Shown: one piece after another, positions 9,330 through 17,825 of the stretch
Layout: each line of letters starts with the position of its first letter
Position numbering within the stretch: position 1 is the first letter of the stretch
Source: Candidatus Micrarchaeia archaeon
GTDB lineage: Archaea > Micrarchaeota > Micrarchaeia > CAILAH01
Length of the DNA stretch: 21,614 nt
Assembly (NCBI GenBank): GCA_049970015.1
Contig: JBMFNT010000013.1
Span: forward strand, 1 to 21,614
Direction of reading: 5' to 3'
Notes under the pieces: model-generated
What the model saw: the letters and a program-made list of their open reading frames with translations, nothing else
The model's database searches: none
What the model was told of the DNA's origin: nothing
Translations under genes and position numbers: made by a program

Positions 9330-9424
9330 TAGTCATATTCAATTAGATGATTTTTTAATACTTACCTGACCTAAATATCTAGATGTGCGGCCGTAGTCTA
9401 GTCTGGTAGGACATGGCCTTGCCA

Positions 9425-9629
9425 AGAGCCCCTTTTTCTCTTAGAAAGAGAAAAAGGCCCTCGGGGTCAAAAAGAGAACTACATTACCAGAAACTTGTCT
9501 GGTATTGCCCCTTTTTCTCTTAGAAAGAGAAAAAGGCCCTCGGGGTCAAAAAGAGAACTACATTACCAGAAACTTGTCTGGTATTGCCCCTTTTTCTCTT
9601 AGAAAGAGAAAAAGTATACGTTCGCAAAA
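9425..9629 (+). other. Archaeal tRNA intron with a strict bulge-helix-bulge splice motif
   Basis: Central helix TTGC(9419-22)/GCAA(9624-27), bulges CA^A (9423-25) and AA^A (9628-30), outer helix GAGC(9426-29)/GTTC(9620-23). Confidence 0.92.
9428..9614. repeat. 79-bp exact tandem repeat (about 2.4 copies) inside the tRNA intron
   Basis: Units start at 9428, 9507 and 9586 (last partial, 29 bp). Full units contain the hairpins CCTTTTTCTCTT-AGA-AAGAGAAAAAGG and TACCAGA-AACTTG-TCTGGTA. Confidence 0.97.
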
Positions 9630-9683
9630 AGGCTAAAACTCGGGTTCAAATCCCGACGGCCGCATATATTGCTTTTGCTTATT

Positions 9684-9875
9684 TTATTGTTTGATTGGTG
9701 GGACCCCTAACAATTTATACAATGGGCAGAAACCTATTATTGCTGTGGCCAAGACTATAATGCCTGCTATTACAAGTGGTATTTGGTACTGCTGAAAGTA
9801 AAGAGCCAGCCCAATAAAAAGCACCGAAAATACTATGCGAACTATCCTATCCGGCACGCTAATATTGTATTCCAT
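9684..9875 (-). CDS. DUF2892 (YgaP-like) small membrane protein
   Basis: N....DRIVR..., two TM helices and the TAIIGFCPLY.LLG signature. Confidence 0.9.
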   Translation of the reverse strand: MEYNISVPDRIVRIVFSVLFIGLALYFQQYQIPLVIAGIIVLATAIIGFCPLYKLLGVPPIKQ

Positions 9876-9899
9876 AAAATAATATTGTTGACAAAAGTA

Positions 9900-10895
9900 T
9901 TAAATGTTGTATGCGGATAATGTATAAGTTGCTACTGTAAAATATATCACCAATGTCACAATATCACTTATCAATGTTGCAAATGGTCCGCTTGCAAATG
10001 CAGGATCTATCCCAAGCCTGTCAAAGATTATTGGTAGACTGGTGGATATTATAACTGCTGCAATTATACTTAGCATCATTGAAAACCCAACTATTAGCCC
10101 AAGCATTAGACTGTTCCATCCTATGTATGCAATAAACCCAAGCATAAGTGCGCAAGAAACTGCTAATAAGAATGCCACAAGCAATTCTCTTGATATGTAT
10201 TTTTTTATTGACATAGATGGATCCAGAGCAAGGCTCCTGACTATAAGCGATTCTGATTGCGTACCAACTGAGTCGCTTAGGTATGCAAGAACAGGAATAA
10301 ATGCTGCAAGAAGTATGTACTTGCTTAGCACTGCCTCAAACCCACTCACAACTGATGCTGAAATGAATCCTCCAATTACCCCTATTATAAGCCATGGAAG
10401 ACGGAATTTGACTACGCTCAATATTGGTAGTTTTAGGATCTCAAATTCCTTGCCAGTCCTGTGGAGTATGCCTCCAAATCTCAGCAAGTCATTGCTAAAC
10501 TCATGATGGAATATCTCAAGTATTGTATTGTATGGTACGACACCAAGAAAATGCCCCTCCTTGTCCACAACTGGAACTGCACGTATTCCTTTTGATAGAG
10601 CCAAGTAAACAACTCGCTCCTGGTTTGTGTGTGGCTTTACAGTCACAATGTGCGTTTGCATTATTTCTGATATTTTTTTAGATTTGGGGGAAGTAAGAAG
10701 CTCCTTTATTGAAACTACACCTACTAGAACCTTGTTTGTATTCAAAACATAAACATAGTCTATTGCTTCGTACTTGCCTGAATTTGTCAAAAGCTCTGAT
10801 ATAACTGCATTGACAGTGGCATTGTGAAGTGTGATTGGAACATTAGAAATCATTCTTTTCTGTGCTGTGTTTGATAGTATGTGTTCTGTGGCCAT
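9900..10895 (-). CDS. mgtE: MgtE-family magnesium transporter (CBS pair plus TM domain, lacking the N-domain)
   Basis: CBS pair (YVYV....LVGVVSIKELL; VPVVD..G..LGVV), RLPWL, G.Q, and DPAFASGPF.T.ISD with the conserved Mg-binding Asp. Confidence 0.92.
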   Translation of the reverse strand: MATEHILSNTAQKRMISNVPITLHNATVNAVISELLTNSGKYEAIDYVYVLNTNKVLVGVVSIKELLTSPKSKKISEIMQTHIVTVKPHTNQERVVYLALSKGIRAVPVVDKEGHFLGVVPYNTILEIFHHEFSNDLLRFGGILHRTGKEFEILKLPILSVVKFRLPWLIIGVIGGFISASVVSGFEAVLSKYILLAAFIPVLAYLSDSVGTQSESLIVRSLALDPSMSIKKYISRELLVAFLLAVSCALMLGFIAYIGWNSLMLGLIVGFSMMLSIIAAVIISTSLPIIFDRLGIDPAFASGPFATLISDIVTLVIYFTVATYTLSAYNI

Positions 10896-10945
10896 CAAGT
10901 AGTATATTGTAGAATAAATTATAAATTAGAATATCTTGTTTGGGA

Positions 10946-11665
10946 TTATATAAGAACAGTTAAAAGTAATATCAAAAGCAGAATTATCGGCTCATGTAAG
11001 AAATAAATCAATAGTGTATTTCTTCCAAGGAATGTAATAAAAGAGATTAGCGGGTTGTTTTGAATCTCAGGAAGCTTGAAATTCCTTCTATAATTTGGAT
11101 AAAATATATTGCCTGCGGCTGTGCCAAGAAGAACAACACCAAACCATGGAAGAAGAGGGTAATAATCAAGCGATGCAAAGCCATGTGGAGCAAAACCAAG
11201 TGGGAGAAGGTACCAAAAATCAAATACTTGTCCACCAAGAAATATGCCTATAGTTATGAGCACAATACCTAATATTACATTCTGCCATGTAAATTTAAGG
11301 AATGGAAATGATAGGATTATAGATGTGCCTATCAGGTGGAGAACTCCAAAAAGTATGGGGGCGGATGGGAAGAACCCTATTGTAACTATAGTTACAAACA
11401 TGCCCAATCCAATAATATACGCTCCACGAGCAAAATACTTTATCCAACTTGCCTTGCGTTCTGTTCTTAAATAGCTTAATGCAAGTGAAACGCCAACTAT
11501 AAAAACAAAAAGAAACCCACTGATGCGGCCAACCCAATAAAGCCAGCCCTCAAGAGGGCTCATATCAGAAATACCAAAATAGTATAATGTAAACATTAGA
11601 TGAAAAAACACCATAAGTACAAGTGCAATTCCTCTGAGTAGGTCAATTTCAAAGAATCTCTCCAT
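10946..11665 (-). CDS. DUF1624 / heparan-alpha-glucosaminide N-acetyltransferase-like membrane protein
   Basis: RFFEIDLLRGIA..LM..FH, F.FIVGVS, FGVLH.IG, DYYPLLPWFG and LGRNTL.IY..H.P. Confidence 0.88.
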   Translation of the reverse strand: MERFFEIDLLRGIALVLMVFFHLMFTLYYFGISDMSPLEGWLYWVGRISGFLFVFIVGVSLALSYLRTERKASWIKYFARGAYIIGLGMFVTIVTIGFFPSAPILFGVLHLIGTSIILSFPFLKFTWQNVILGIVLITIGIFLGGQVFDFWYLLPLGFAPHGFASLDYYPLLPWFGVVLLGTAAGNIFYPNYRRNFKLPEIQNNPLISFITFLGRNTLLIYFLHEPIILLLILLLTVLI

Positions 11666-11715
11666 AAATCTGTTAAATGTCCAAATATTAAAAACAATCC
11701 TGTACTTAACAAAGC

Positions 11716-12378
11716 ATGCAGATCAAGAAAACCGATAAGACAGGAGTTTACAACATAGATGGAATGCTCGCAACAAAGAGCATCATTGGAGGGTTTCAGA
11801 TACATGGAGAGCCCATAAAGAGGATTAATAATGAGGAATACAGAATATGGGATCCGTATCACAGCAAGCTTGCCGCAGCAATAAAAAAAGGGCTTAAAAC
11901 TTGGCCTTTCATAGAAGGTATAAGTGTATTATATCTTGGAGCTGCAGCAGGTGTAACTGCAAGCTTTATTTCTGATATAATCGGTAAAAGCGGGAGGATA
12001 TATGCAGTAGAGTTTTCTCCTGAATGCATGAGAGAGTTAATATTAAGGTGTGAATGTCGTGAAAATATATGGCCAATAATGGCAGATGCTAGACTGCCAG
12101 AAAAATACAGTTTTGTCAAAGATGTGGATGTGATTTTTGAAGATGTTGCACAACCTGATCAGGACAGAATTTTGCTTGAGAATGCAAAGTATCTAAAGAG
12201 AGGAGGTATTGCAATGATTGCTGTGAAATCACAGTCAATAGATGTACGGCTCAAGCCAAAAGAAGTGTACAAAAAAGTAATAGAAAGGCTTAGAGAAAAG
12301 TTTGAGGTTGTTGAATCTCTTGAGCTCGATCCTTATGAAAAACATCACTTGTTCATTGTGCTCAGAAAAAAGGCCTAA
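11716..12378 (+). CDS. flpA: Fibrillarin-like rRNA/tRNA 2'-O-methyltransferase
   Basis: YRIWDPYHSKLAAAI, VLYLGAA.G.T.S.ISD, YAVEFSP, DARLPEKY, DVAQPDQ, LDPYEKHH. Confidence 0.96.
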   Translation: MQIKKTDKTGVYNIDGMLATKSIIGGFQIHGEPIKRINNEEYRIWDPYHSKLAAAIKKGLKTWPFIEGISVLYLGAAAGVTASFISDIIGKSGRIYAVEFSPECMRELILRCECRENIWPIMADARLPEKYSFVKDVDVIFEDVAQPDQDRILLENAKYLKRGGIAMIAVKSQSIDVRLKPKEVYKKVIERLREKFEVVESLELDPYEKHHLFIVLRKKA

Positions 12379-13492
12379 CAAATATATGATAAAATATTAT
12401 GCATGATAGAGGAATTGTGAAGTTATCATCAAATTTTGGCGGGATGGCCTCTACGATTGCTGTTAGTGCTGCGAGCGGTATTGCAAGCATCCCCACAAAT
12501 GGGTATGATAACAACATGACAGATGTAAAGAAACCGAGCGTCCCCTCAACAGTCTTGTTCCTGTCCAACGGGTTTTGCAACCGGCCATATTTACCAACCA
12601 GGGTTGCAACACCATCACCTATGCCAAGAGCAATGATTGATGCAATTAGGTAATTAACATCAGTTATGAAAACAAAAAGGAACAAAACACCCATTGCATA
12701 CCAAAATGCACCATAGCCAGGAATTACACCACTACGCTCAAACATCGAAAACATTACCTTGGAAACCTTTGATTCCTTTCCAAGCAGTTTATCGTTTATG
12801 ATCCATAACATCACCATAATTCCAATGAAAACAAGGAACTCTACATACACAGGGCCATTTTGACCGTAAACTAGTGATGAAAATATGATGCTTACGACTA
12901 AAAATATGCACACAATTATATGCAATGCCTGTCTTCTTATTTCAAGTGTTGTTTCGAGTGTTCTGGTTGGCTTTGAGATAGTAAGCGTTTTTGATGATAT
13001 AAGGCGGTTCGCAATATCATATGAAAAGAAACCTATGACAAAACTTGCAAGAACATCGTTAAGAAAATGCACCCCTAGATTTATTCTTGAAAATCCAACT
13101 AGAAGGTTAAGCAGGAGGAAGATGGGGAATGCATTTGTACCAACAAGCGGTGCAAGAAAGACTGATGATATTGCTACATGCCCACTTGGAAACGAATAGT
13201 CTGGTGCTGGAGGGCATTCATAAACTACATATGACGGGTCTAGCGTACATGGCCTGGGCGTATGAATCAAGTACTTGAGTGAAAATGTGATTCCTACTGC
13301 AATCATAATTGCAAGGATCGTTTTTAGTAATTTGTTTTCCTTGCGCAATGTTGATGCAAATAGTATAAGAGATATGATGTAGAAAATTGGTGTATACTGG
13401 TCTATAAAGTAGGATATTTTTGTTATAATAGGATGGTCAAGAGATGCAATAAACCTGGTTACTGCATCAAATGTCGGTCGCATATTATACAT
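12362..13492 (-). CDS. Fusion of a PAP2-family lipid phosphatase (N-terminal) and a dolichol/phytol-kinase-like CTP-dependent domain (C-terminal)
   Basis: PAP2 motifs KYLIHTPRP, PSGH and SRINLGVHFLND. Kinase motifs EIRRQALH, GDGVATLVGK.G, NKTVEG and EAI...DDNFTIP. Start may be 13483. Confidence 0.88.
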   Translation of the reverse strand: MYNMRPTFDAVTRFIASLDHPIITKISYFIDQYTPIFYIISLILFASTLRKENKLLKTILAIMIAVGITFSLKYLIHTPRPCTLDPSYVVYECPPAPDYSFPSGHVAISSVFLAPLVGTNAFPIFLLLNLLVGFSRINLGVHFLNDVLASFVIGFFSYDIANRLISSKTLTISKPTRTLETTLEIRRQALHIIVCIFLVVSIIFSSLVYGQNGPVYVEFLVFIGIMVMLWIINDKLLGKESKVSKVMFSMFERSGVIPGYGAFWYAMGVLFLFVFITDVNYLIASIIALGIGDGVATLVGKYGRLQNPLDRNKTVEGTLGFFTSVMLLSYPFVGMLAIPLAALTAIVEAIPPKFDDNFTIPLSCIIFYHIFVRPFF

Positions 13493-13571
13493 TTAAGTGT
13501 AATGATTTAAAAGAGCAAAAGTAAATAATTAAAAACTTAATGTACACAAAATAGAGGTATTTGGTGATTTA

Positions 13572-13712
13572 ATGGTAGGCGACGAAGACTTTGATGAGGA
13601 GGAGGAAGAAGAAGAGGAGGAAGATGAAGACTTGGACGATTCTGAAGACTGGGATGAGGAATGGGATGAAGAAGAGGAGGATGAAGAGGAAGAAGAGCTA
13701 GATGAAGAGTAA
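13572..13712 (+). CDS. 46-aa hyperacidic microprotein (not in the ORF track)
   Basis: ATG 13572 with SD GGTGA at 13563-13567, TAA at 13710-13712. Translation MVGDEDFDEEEEEEEEEDEDLDDSEDWDEEWDEEEEDEEEEELDEE; GAN codons vary at the third position. Confidence 0.8.
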   Translation: MVGDEDFDEEEEEEEEEDEDLDDSEDWDEEWDEEEEDEEEEELDEE

Positions 13713-13714
13713 GA

Positions 13715-16700
13715 TTATGCCTTTTCTAACTGCCTTCTTATTTCATTTTGTACTCCTTTGCCCTTTTCTTTCATCTTAACAAGCAAGAACGCTATGATTA
13801 TTGCGGCAACACCTGCTATTATAAGATTGTAGTCTTCCTTTTTTGCAGTGTTGTTTGATGCTGCAAATGCACTTAGTACGGCAAGTGCAGATTCCCTGGC
13901 CTTAGAATATTCTCCCTTGTCGTAAGTAGATTCAATGTCATGTGCTTTCCTTATAAGGGTTTCCTTTTCCTTCGCATCTGATGTCTCTGCAACCTTGTCT
14001 TTAAGCTCTCCTATTGCACGGTTGGCTGACTCTTTCTCTGAAAGTATGTATGCATCGATGTTTGATATTGTCTCCTCCAAATACTTTATTCCAGATGCGT
14101 ATTCACTTGCTGTGAGCGGGCTTAATCTGAGTAGACTCTCCGCGTATGAGACAATGTCTGAAGGGCACTTTGTACTACAGGCCTTGGTAAGCTGGTTCAG
14201 TTTATCGCTAAGCCGAGATTGAAGCGACTTGAATTGTACTTTTAGATTTGATTCCCACTTCACGTAATTTGATTTTTCTAGTTGTGTGGCATCATAGAGG
14301 GAATATGTCCTTTCCATCAAGCTGCTCAGAGCGGATAACTCTTCCTGGGAAGGAAAGTCCCCTTTAATGCTGAAATTATCGAGTGCATCTTCAATGGCGG
14401 ATAGGTTCTCTGGAATATCCTTTACATATCCTGCATCTACCATATTAAGCCATTCCTGTTTCATTGTACTAAGCAGATCTCTCGCCACAGACAAATCAGA
14501 GTACACTATGGAATTAACCCCTAACACTGCTGATTGTGATTTTCTGAGTTGTGAGAGCTTCTTCCTGCTATCTTTCTCTAGCATGGCTGCATCATATGCC
14601 TCCTTTGCTGATACCACAACCTTGGCAATACGCTCGTCCTTAGAATTAGACAGGTTCTGTATTGCTTCTGAGATATATGAAGAAAGATTATTGATCTCCT
14701 TATTTGTTTCCTGCACTTTTTCATCCTCTCGTTTTGCTTCTTCGAGCAATCTCTTTGCCTCATCAATTAATCTAAATGCTATGGCATAATCACCCGTATC
14801 CATCTTTTTCTGTGCCTCAGAAATCAGACCCTGGATACGTGTGTTTTCATATGCGTATGGGTCATTTTTGACTTTTCTTAGTTCGTCATATAGATAAGTC
14901 TCGTTATAGCTTGCAATTACGTTTGCATGTATGGTGCACGAGGCATATGCTGGAAGCTCTTTAATCACAAACGAGAGGATGGTTGAGGATGGCTTGTTAA
15001 TGTATTCCTTGTTTGCAATTGTACAATCTCCTGAAAAGAATGAAACTTCGCCTTTAAGATTCAGAGGCAGTTCTGCAGATATCCGTGCATTGTTAACATC
15101 AAACCCAGTCATGCTCCTGACCTTTAATACCACTGATGCCATGGATTGGGTTTGAGATGCATTATATACCTCTACACTTACTGGATTTTTAACAACATAC
15201 TCAAAAAGCAGCCTGTGTTGACCTGGAGATATGTACCTGTTTATCTTTCCATCTCCTGAAAACTTGCCAACATAATCCCCATCCAAATATGCAGAATATT
15301 CGTAATCATAATCACTGGTGAAGTAAAGATGTGGCGATCCCATGGAGAGTATAGTTTTTTCTACGTAAACCTTCATCTTATCCTGTGATATATACTTCAC
15401 TTCCTGCTCTGCGCTCATAGTACGTACAAGTATTTCTGCCCCTTCAAAAACAAGCTCATACAAGGTGTTTGGCTTAAACTCCTTTATCATTATAGTAAGC
15501 TTTCCACTATTGTAGTTGTACTCAAGATTGGCCTGGTTGCTCTTTACTGGCATTGAGTTTATGTTATATTCAAAAGGAACTGAAAATGTTAATGGGCCGG
15601 AATAGTTCAGGCCGATAAGGTTGCTGTACGTGCTGAAAGAAATCCTTCTTCTTACAGGTTGGTCTAAGTAGATTGATGTATTCTCATACAGTGATGATAT
15701 TTTGGCATTTCTGGTAAGTGATGATTGTATTATGTCCCGGGAACGCAATGCAATCTGAAGCTCAAGCGATGATAAAATCCCAGATATCCTTTTATAGCTC
15801 CCAAGGGACAAATACTTATTAAACTGCCCATTTTCATTCACATACTTGGACAGCTCTTTTGCTTCTGCGATGTCATCTCCTGTCAAGTATCTTATGTAAT
15901 TTGCTTGCGAGATGAGATAGTTATATTTCGTTTGAAGGTATGAATACCTCGCATATCCTTTTTCAAACAGACCCATCGAAATGCTGCGTACATCATCTGT
16001 AAGTTTAATCATGTCAAAAACGGGCATGTTTCCGCTTGAAACCTCCGCAATTTTGGCATTATAGTAATATTCTTCATAGCTAACATCAATGTCATCTTGT
16101 TTTGCACGGTCTATAATTCCCTTAAGATAGTTAAGGCTGTTGATTGCAGCGTCTCGCGTATTGGAGTAGAATGAAGCGCTTGATGAAACATATGTGCGTG
16201 CAGTCTTTATTTTTAAGTATGCTTCACGCAAGTTCTGCATCATTTTTGAAGGTTGCTCCTGTTTCTTTATTAGAGAATCCGCCTCCTCCAATAACTTGCG
16301 TGCTCTGTTGAGCCTTTCCAAATCGTCCTGTGTTTGCGGCCTAAAGCTCTGAACCTCACTGTATGCAGCGGAATATTCGCTATTCACGTTGTTCTTTGCC
16401 ATGCCAAGAATACTCTGCCCAAGCCGCTCCGCATTGTCAATTTCCTTTGCTGCAGAATCCAGGTTTGAAGATGCTTTGTAGTAATAGCCTATAGAATCTA
16501 CTACATATCCCTCCATTTTCATTGAATATACTGCTTCCCCGCGCTCAGCATTATACTTTGCTTCCGCCAACTGTGATCCTGCGAGCGCAAGGTGTGTACT
16601 GGGTGAGTCAAGCGTTTCAATAGAAGTTATTCCAAAGAATACAACATCAGCATCTGTAATCCCCCCATAATCTAAAGCCGCACCAGCATACCTTGATGAT

Positions 16701-17572
16701 ATTGTACTATATCTTGATGAAAAGGTTGTGCTGAGAGTATTCCTCTCCAAAAGAAGCCCTTCCCGTATCTCCCTCTCTATCAAATATGCATTGAGTAATG
16801 TGTTAAGCACTGATTCTTTCCCATCCATAATATGAATGACCTGCTGCTTTGATGATGTAATAATGCTAGCATAGGTTTGTCTGGTTGAAGGATGGATTTG
16901 CGCGAGAAGTTCCTTTATTCTGCCCTCACGCTCCACCAAGGTATTTGCATCTATAGAGTTTAGCATAAAGTTGAGCTCAGAAACTTTATTTGAGTAGCTT
17001 CCAGTATATTTGGAAGTTATCCCCATGTGCTCTAATTCTCTGTATTCATCTGAAACTTGTGAGAGTAATTTGTTGTATGCAAGCTCGCTCTTCTCAACTG
17101 AATCTATTAAAGTACCATAATAGTCAACAGTGTCCTCCATAATCTCAAGTCCTTCTAGCGTCAGTTGAATGCCTGTCTCCAGACTTACTGTTATAAACAG
17201 AGAAGACCATACGGGAAGTAATGCTGAAACTAATGCAGAAGTGGTAGAGATCGTGCCCAACTCAAGTATATCTGCTATTCTATCAAACACAATCCTCCTG
17301 CGCTGGCAAAGCGAATCAATCCCGTCTTCAGCCTCCTTTGCATCCTTTAATGCATCGGCCACAAGCCTTATATCAGAAGATGGAAAATCATAGAAATAAG
17401 ATATTGAGACATCTGTGCATGGCTCATCATAAAGCATACTTATAAGCGGATCCGGAGAGGTGAGTATAGGTGCCTCAAGCGGGTTGAAAAAAGATGGATC
17501 AAGATATGTAAAGTTTGCTGAATACACAAATGGCGCAAAGGTCAAAAGAATGAAAACAAGCACTCTTTGCAT
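13715..17572 (-). CDS. Large (about 1285 aa) surface protein with signal peptide, helical stalks, a central beta-rich region and a C-terminal TM anchor
   Basis: Likely start MQRVLVFILLTFAPFVYSA (ATG 17572). C-terminal LIIAGVAAIIIAFLLV followed by a Lys-rich tail. Several N-glycosylation sequons. Confidence 0.85.
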   Translation of the reverse strand: MQRVLVFILLTFAPFVYSANFTYLDPSFFNPLEAPILTSPDPLISMLYDEPCTDVSISYFYDFPSSDIRLVADALKDAKEAEDGIDSLCQRRRIVFDRIADILELGTISTTSALVSALLPVWSSLFITVSLETGIQLTLEGLEIMEDTVDYYGTLIDSVEKSELAYNKLLSQVSDEYRELEHMGITSKYTGSYSNKVSELNFMLNSIDANTLVEREGRIKELLAQIHPSTRQTYASIITSSKQQVIHIMDGKESVLNTLLNAYLIEREIREGLLLERNTLSTTFSSRYSTISSRYAGAALDYGGITDADVVFFGITSIETLDSPSTHLALAGSQLAEAKYNAERGEAVYSMKMEGYVVDSIGYYYKASSNLDSAAKEIDNAERLGQSILGMAKNNVNSEYSAAYSEVQSFRPQTQDDLERLNRARKLLEEADSLIKKQEQPSKMMQNLREAYLKIKTARTYVSSSASFYSNTRDAAINSLNYLKGIIDRAKQDDIDVSYEEYYYNAKIAEVSSGNMPVFDMIKLTDDVRSISMGLFEKGYARYSYLQTKYNYLISQANYIRYLTGDDIAEAKELSKYVNENGQFNKYLSLGSYKRISGILSSLELQIALRSRDIIQSSLTRNAKISSLYENTSIYLDQPVRRRISFSTYSNLIGLNYSGPLTFSVPFEYNINSMPVKSNQANLEYNYNSGKLTIMIKEFKPNTLYELVFEGAEILVRTMSAEQEVKYISQDKMKVYVEKTILSMGSPHLYFTSDYDYEYSAYLDGDYVGKFSGDGKINRYISPGQHRLLFEYVVKNPVSVEVYNASQTQSMASVVLKVRSMTGFDVNNARISAELPLNLKGEVSFFSGDCTIANKEYINKPSSTILSFVIKELPAYASCTIHANVIASYNETYLYDELRKVKNDPYAYENTRIQGLISEAQKKMDTGDYAIAFRLIDEAKRLLEEAKREDEKVQETNKEINNLSSYISEAIQNLSNSKDERIAKVVVSAKEAYDAAMLEKDSRKKLSQLRKSQSAVLGVNSIVYSDLSVARDLLSTMKQEWLNMVDAGYVKDIPENLSAIEDALDNFSIKGDFPSQEELSALSSLMERTYSLYDATQLEKSNYVKWESNLKVQFKSLQSRLSDKLNQLTKACSTKCPSDIVSYAESLLRLSPLTASEYASGIKYLEETISNIDAYILSEKESANRAIGELKDKVAETSDAKEKETLIRKAHDIESTYDKGEYSKARESALAVLSAFAASNNTAKKEDYNLIIAGVAAIIIAFLLVKMKEKGKGVQNEIRRQLEKA

Positions 17573-17611
17573 ATGTTTTTTACACATAAATAAAATAAAA
17601 ATATACACTGT

Positions 17612-17825
17612 ATGTGACAAGGGCTAGCTGTGATGTAGGTAGTGGGTTAAAGTAAAATATTGCTGCACCAAGTATGCCTGCCTAAATAAAATAAAGGCCG
17701 GCTACTTGCTCTGGAAGAAGTATGTCACTATCATAAGTATGACCCACATCACAAATGTGACAAGGGCTAGCTGTGATGTAGGTAGTGGGTTAAAGTAAAA
17801 TATTGCTGCACCAAGTATGCCTGCC
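17612..17825. repeat. Exact 71-bp direct repeat (17612-17682 and 17755-17825)
   Basis: ATGTGACAAGGGCTAGC...AAGTATGCCTGCC occurs twice, 143 bp apart. The second copy lies within the 116-aa CDS. Confidence 0.97.

Larger units (their letters stand above)
9387..9664 (+). tRNA. trnG-GCC: tRNA-Gly(GCC) with a 205-nt intron at position 37/38 (exons 9387-9424 and 9630-9664)
   Basis: Acceptor GCGGCCG/CGGCCGC plus discriminator A. D stem GTCT/GGAC. Anticodon stem TGGCC/GGCTA with loop TT-GCC-A^A. T arm TCGGG-TTCAAAT-CCCGA. The spliced product is 73 nt and CCA is not encoded. Confidence 0.95.

Noticed and set aside
9428..9614. CRISPR mini-array (three 29-bp palindromic repeats with 50-bp spacers)
   Set aside because: Both spacers are identical, the array lies inside a tRNA intron, and no cas gene or leader is present. 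It is a tandem repeat.
9425..9629. Intron-encoded box C/D guide RNA or homing endonuclease, suggested by nearby fibrillarin
   Set aside because: No RTGATGA or CTGA box is present, and the intron is too short and repetitive to encode an endonuclease.
9665..11665. Genomic island integrated at tRNA-Gly (DUF2892, mgtE, DUF1624)
   Set aside because: No integrase and no duplicated tRNA 3' end (att site) were seen.
1614..17620. Longest-ORF starts at 1614, 5913 and 17620
   Set aside because: They overlap divergent genes or the 71-bp duplicate. Downstream ATGs at 1680, 5703 and 17572 give proper signal peptides or the family N-terminus.
17612..17825. Diversity-generating retroelement TR/VR pair
   Set aside because: The copies are identical with no adenine-specific differences, the target is a TM segment, and there is no reverse transcriptase in the window.
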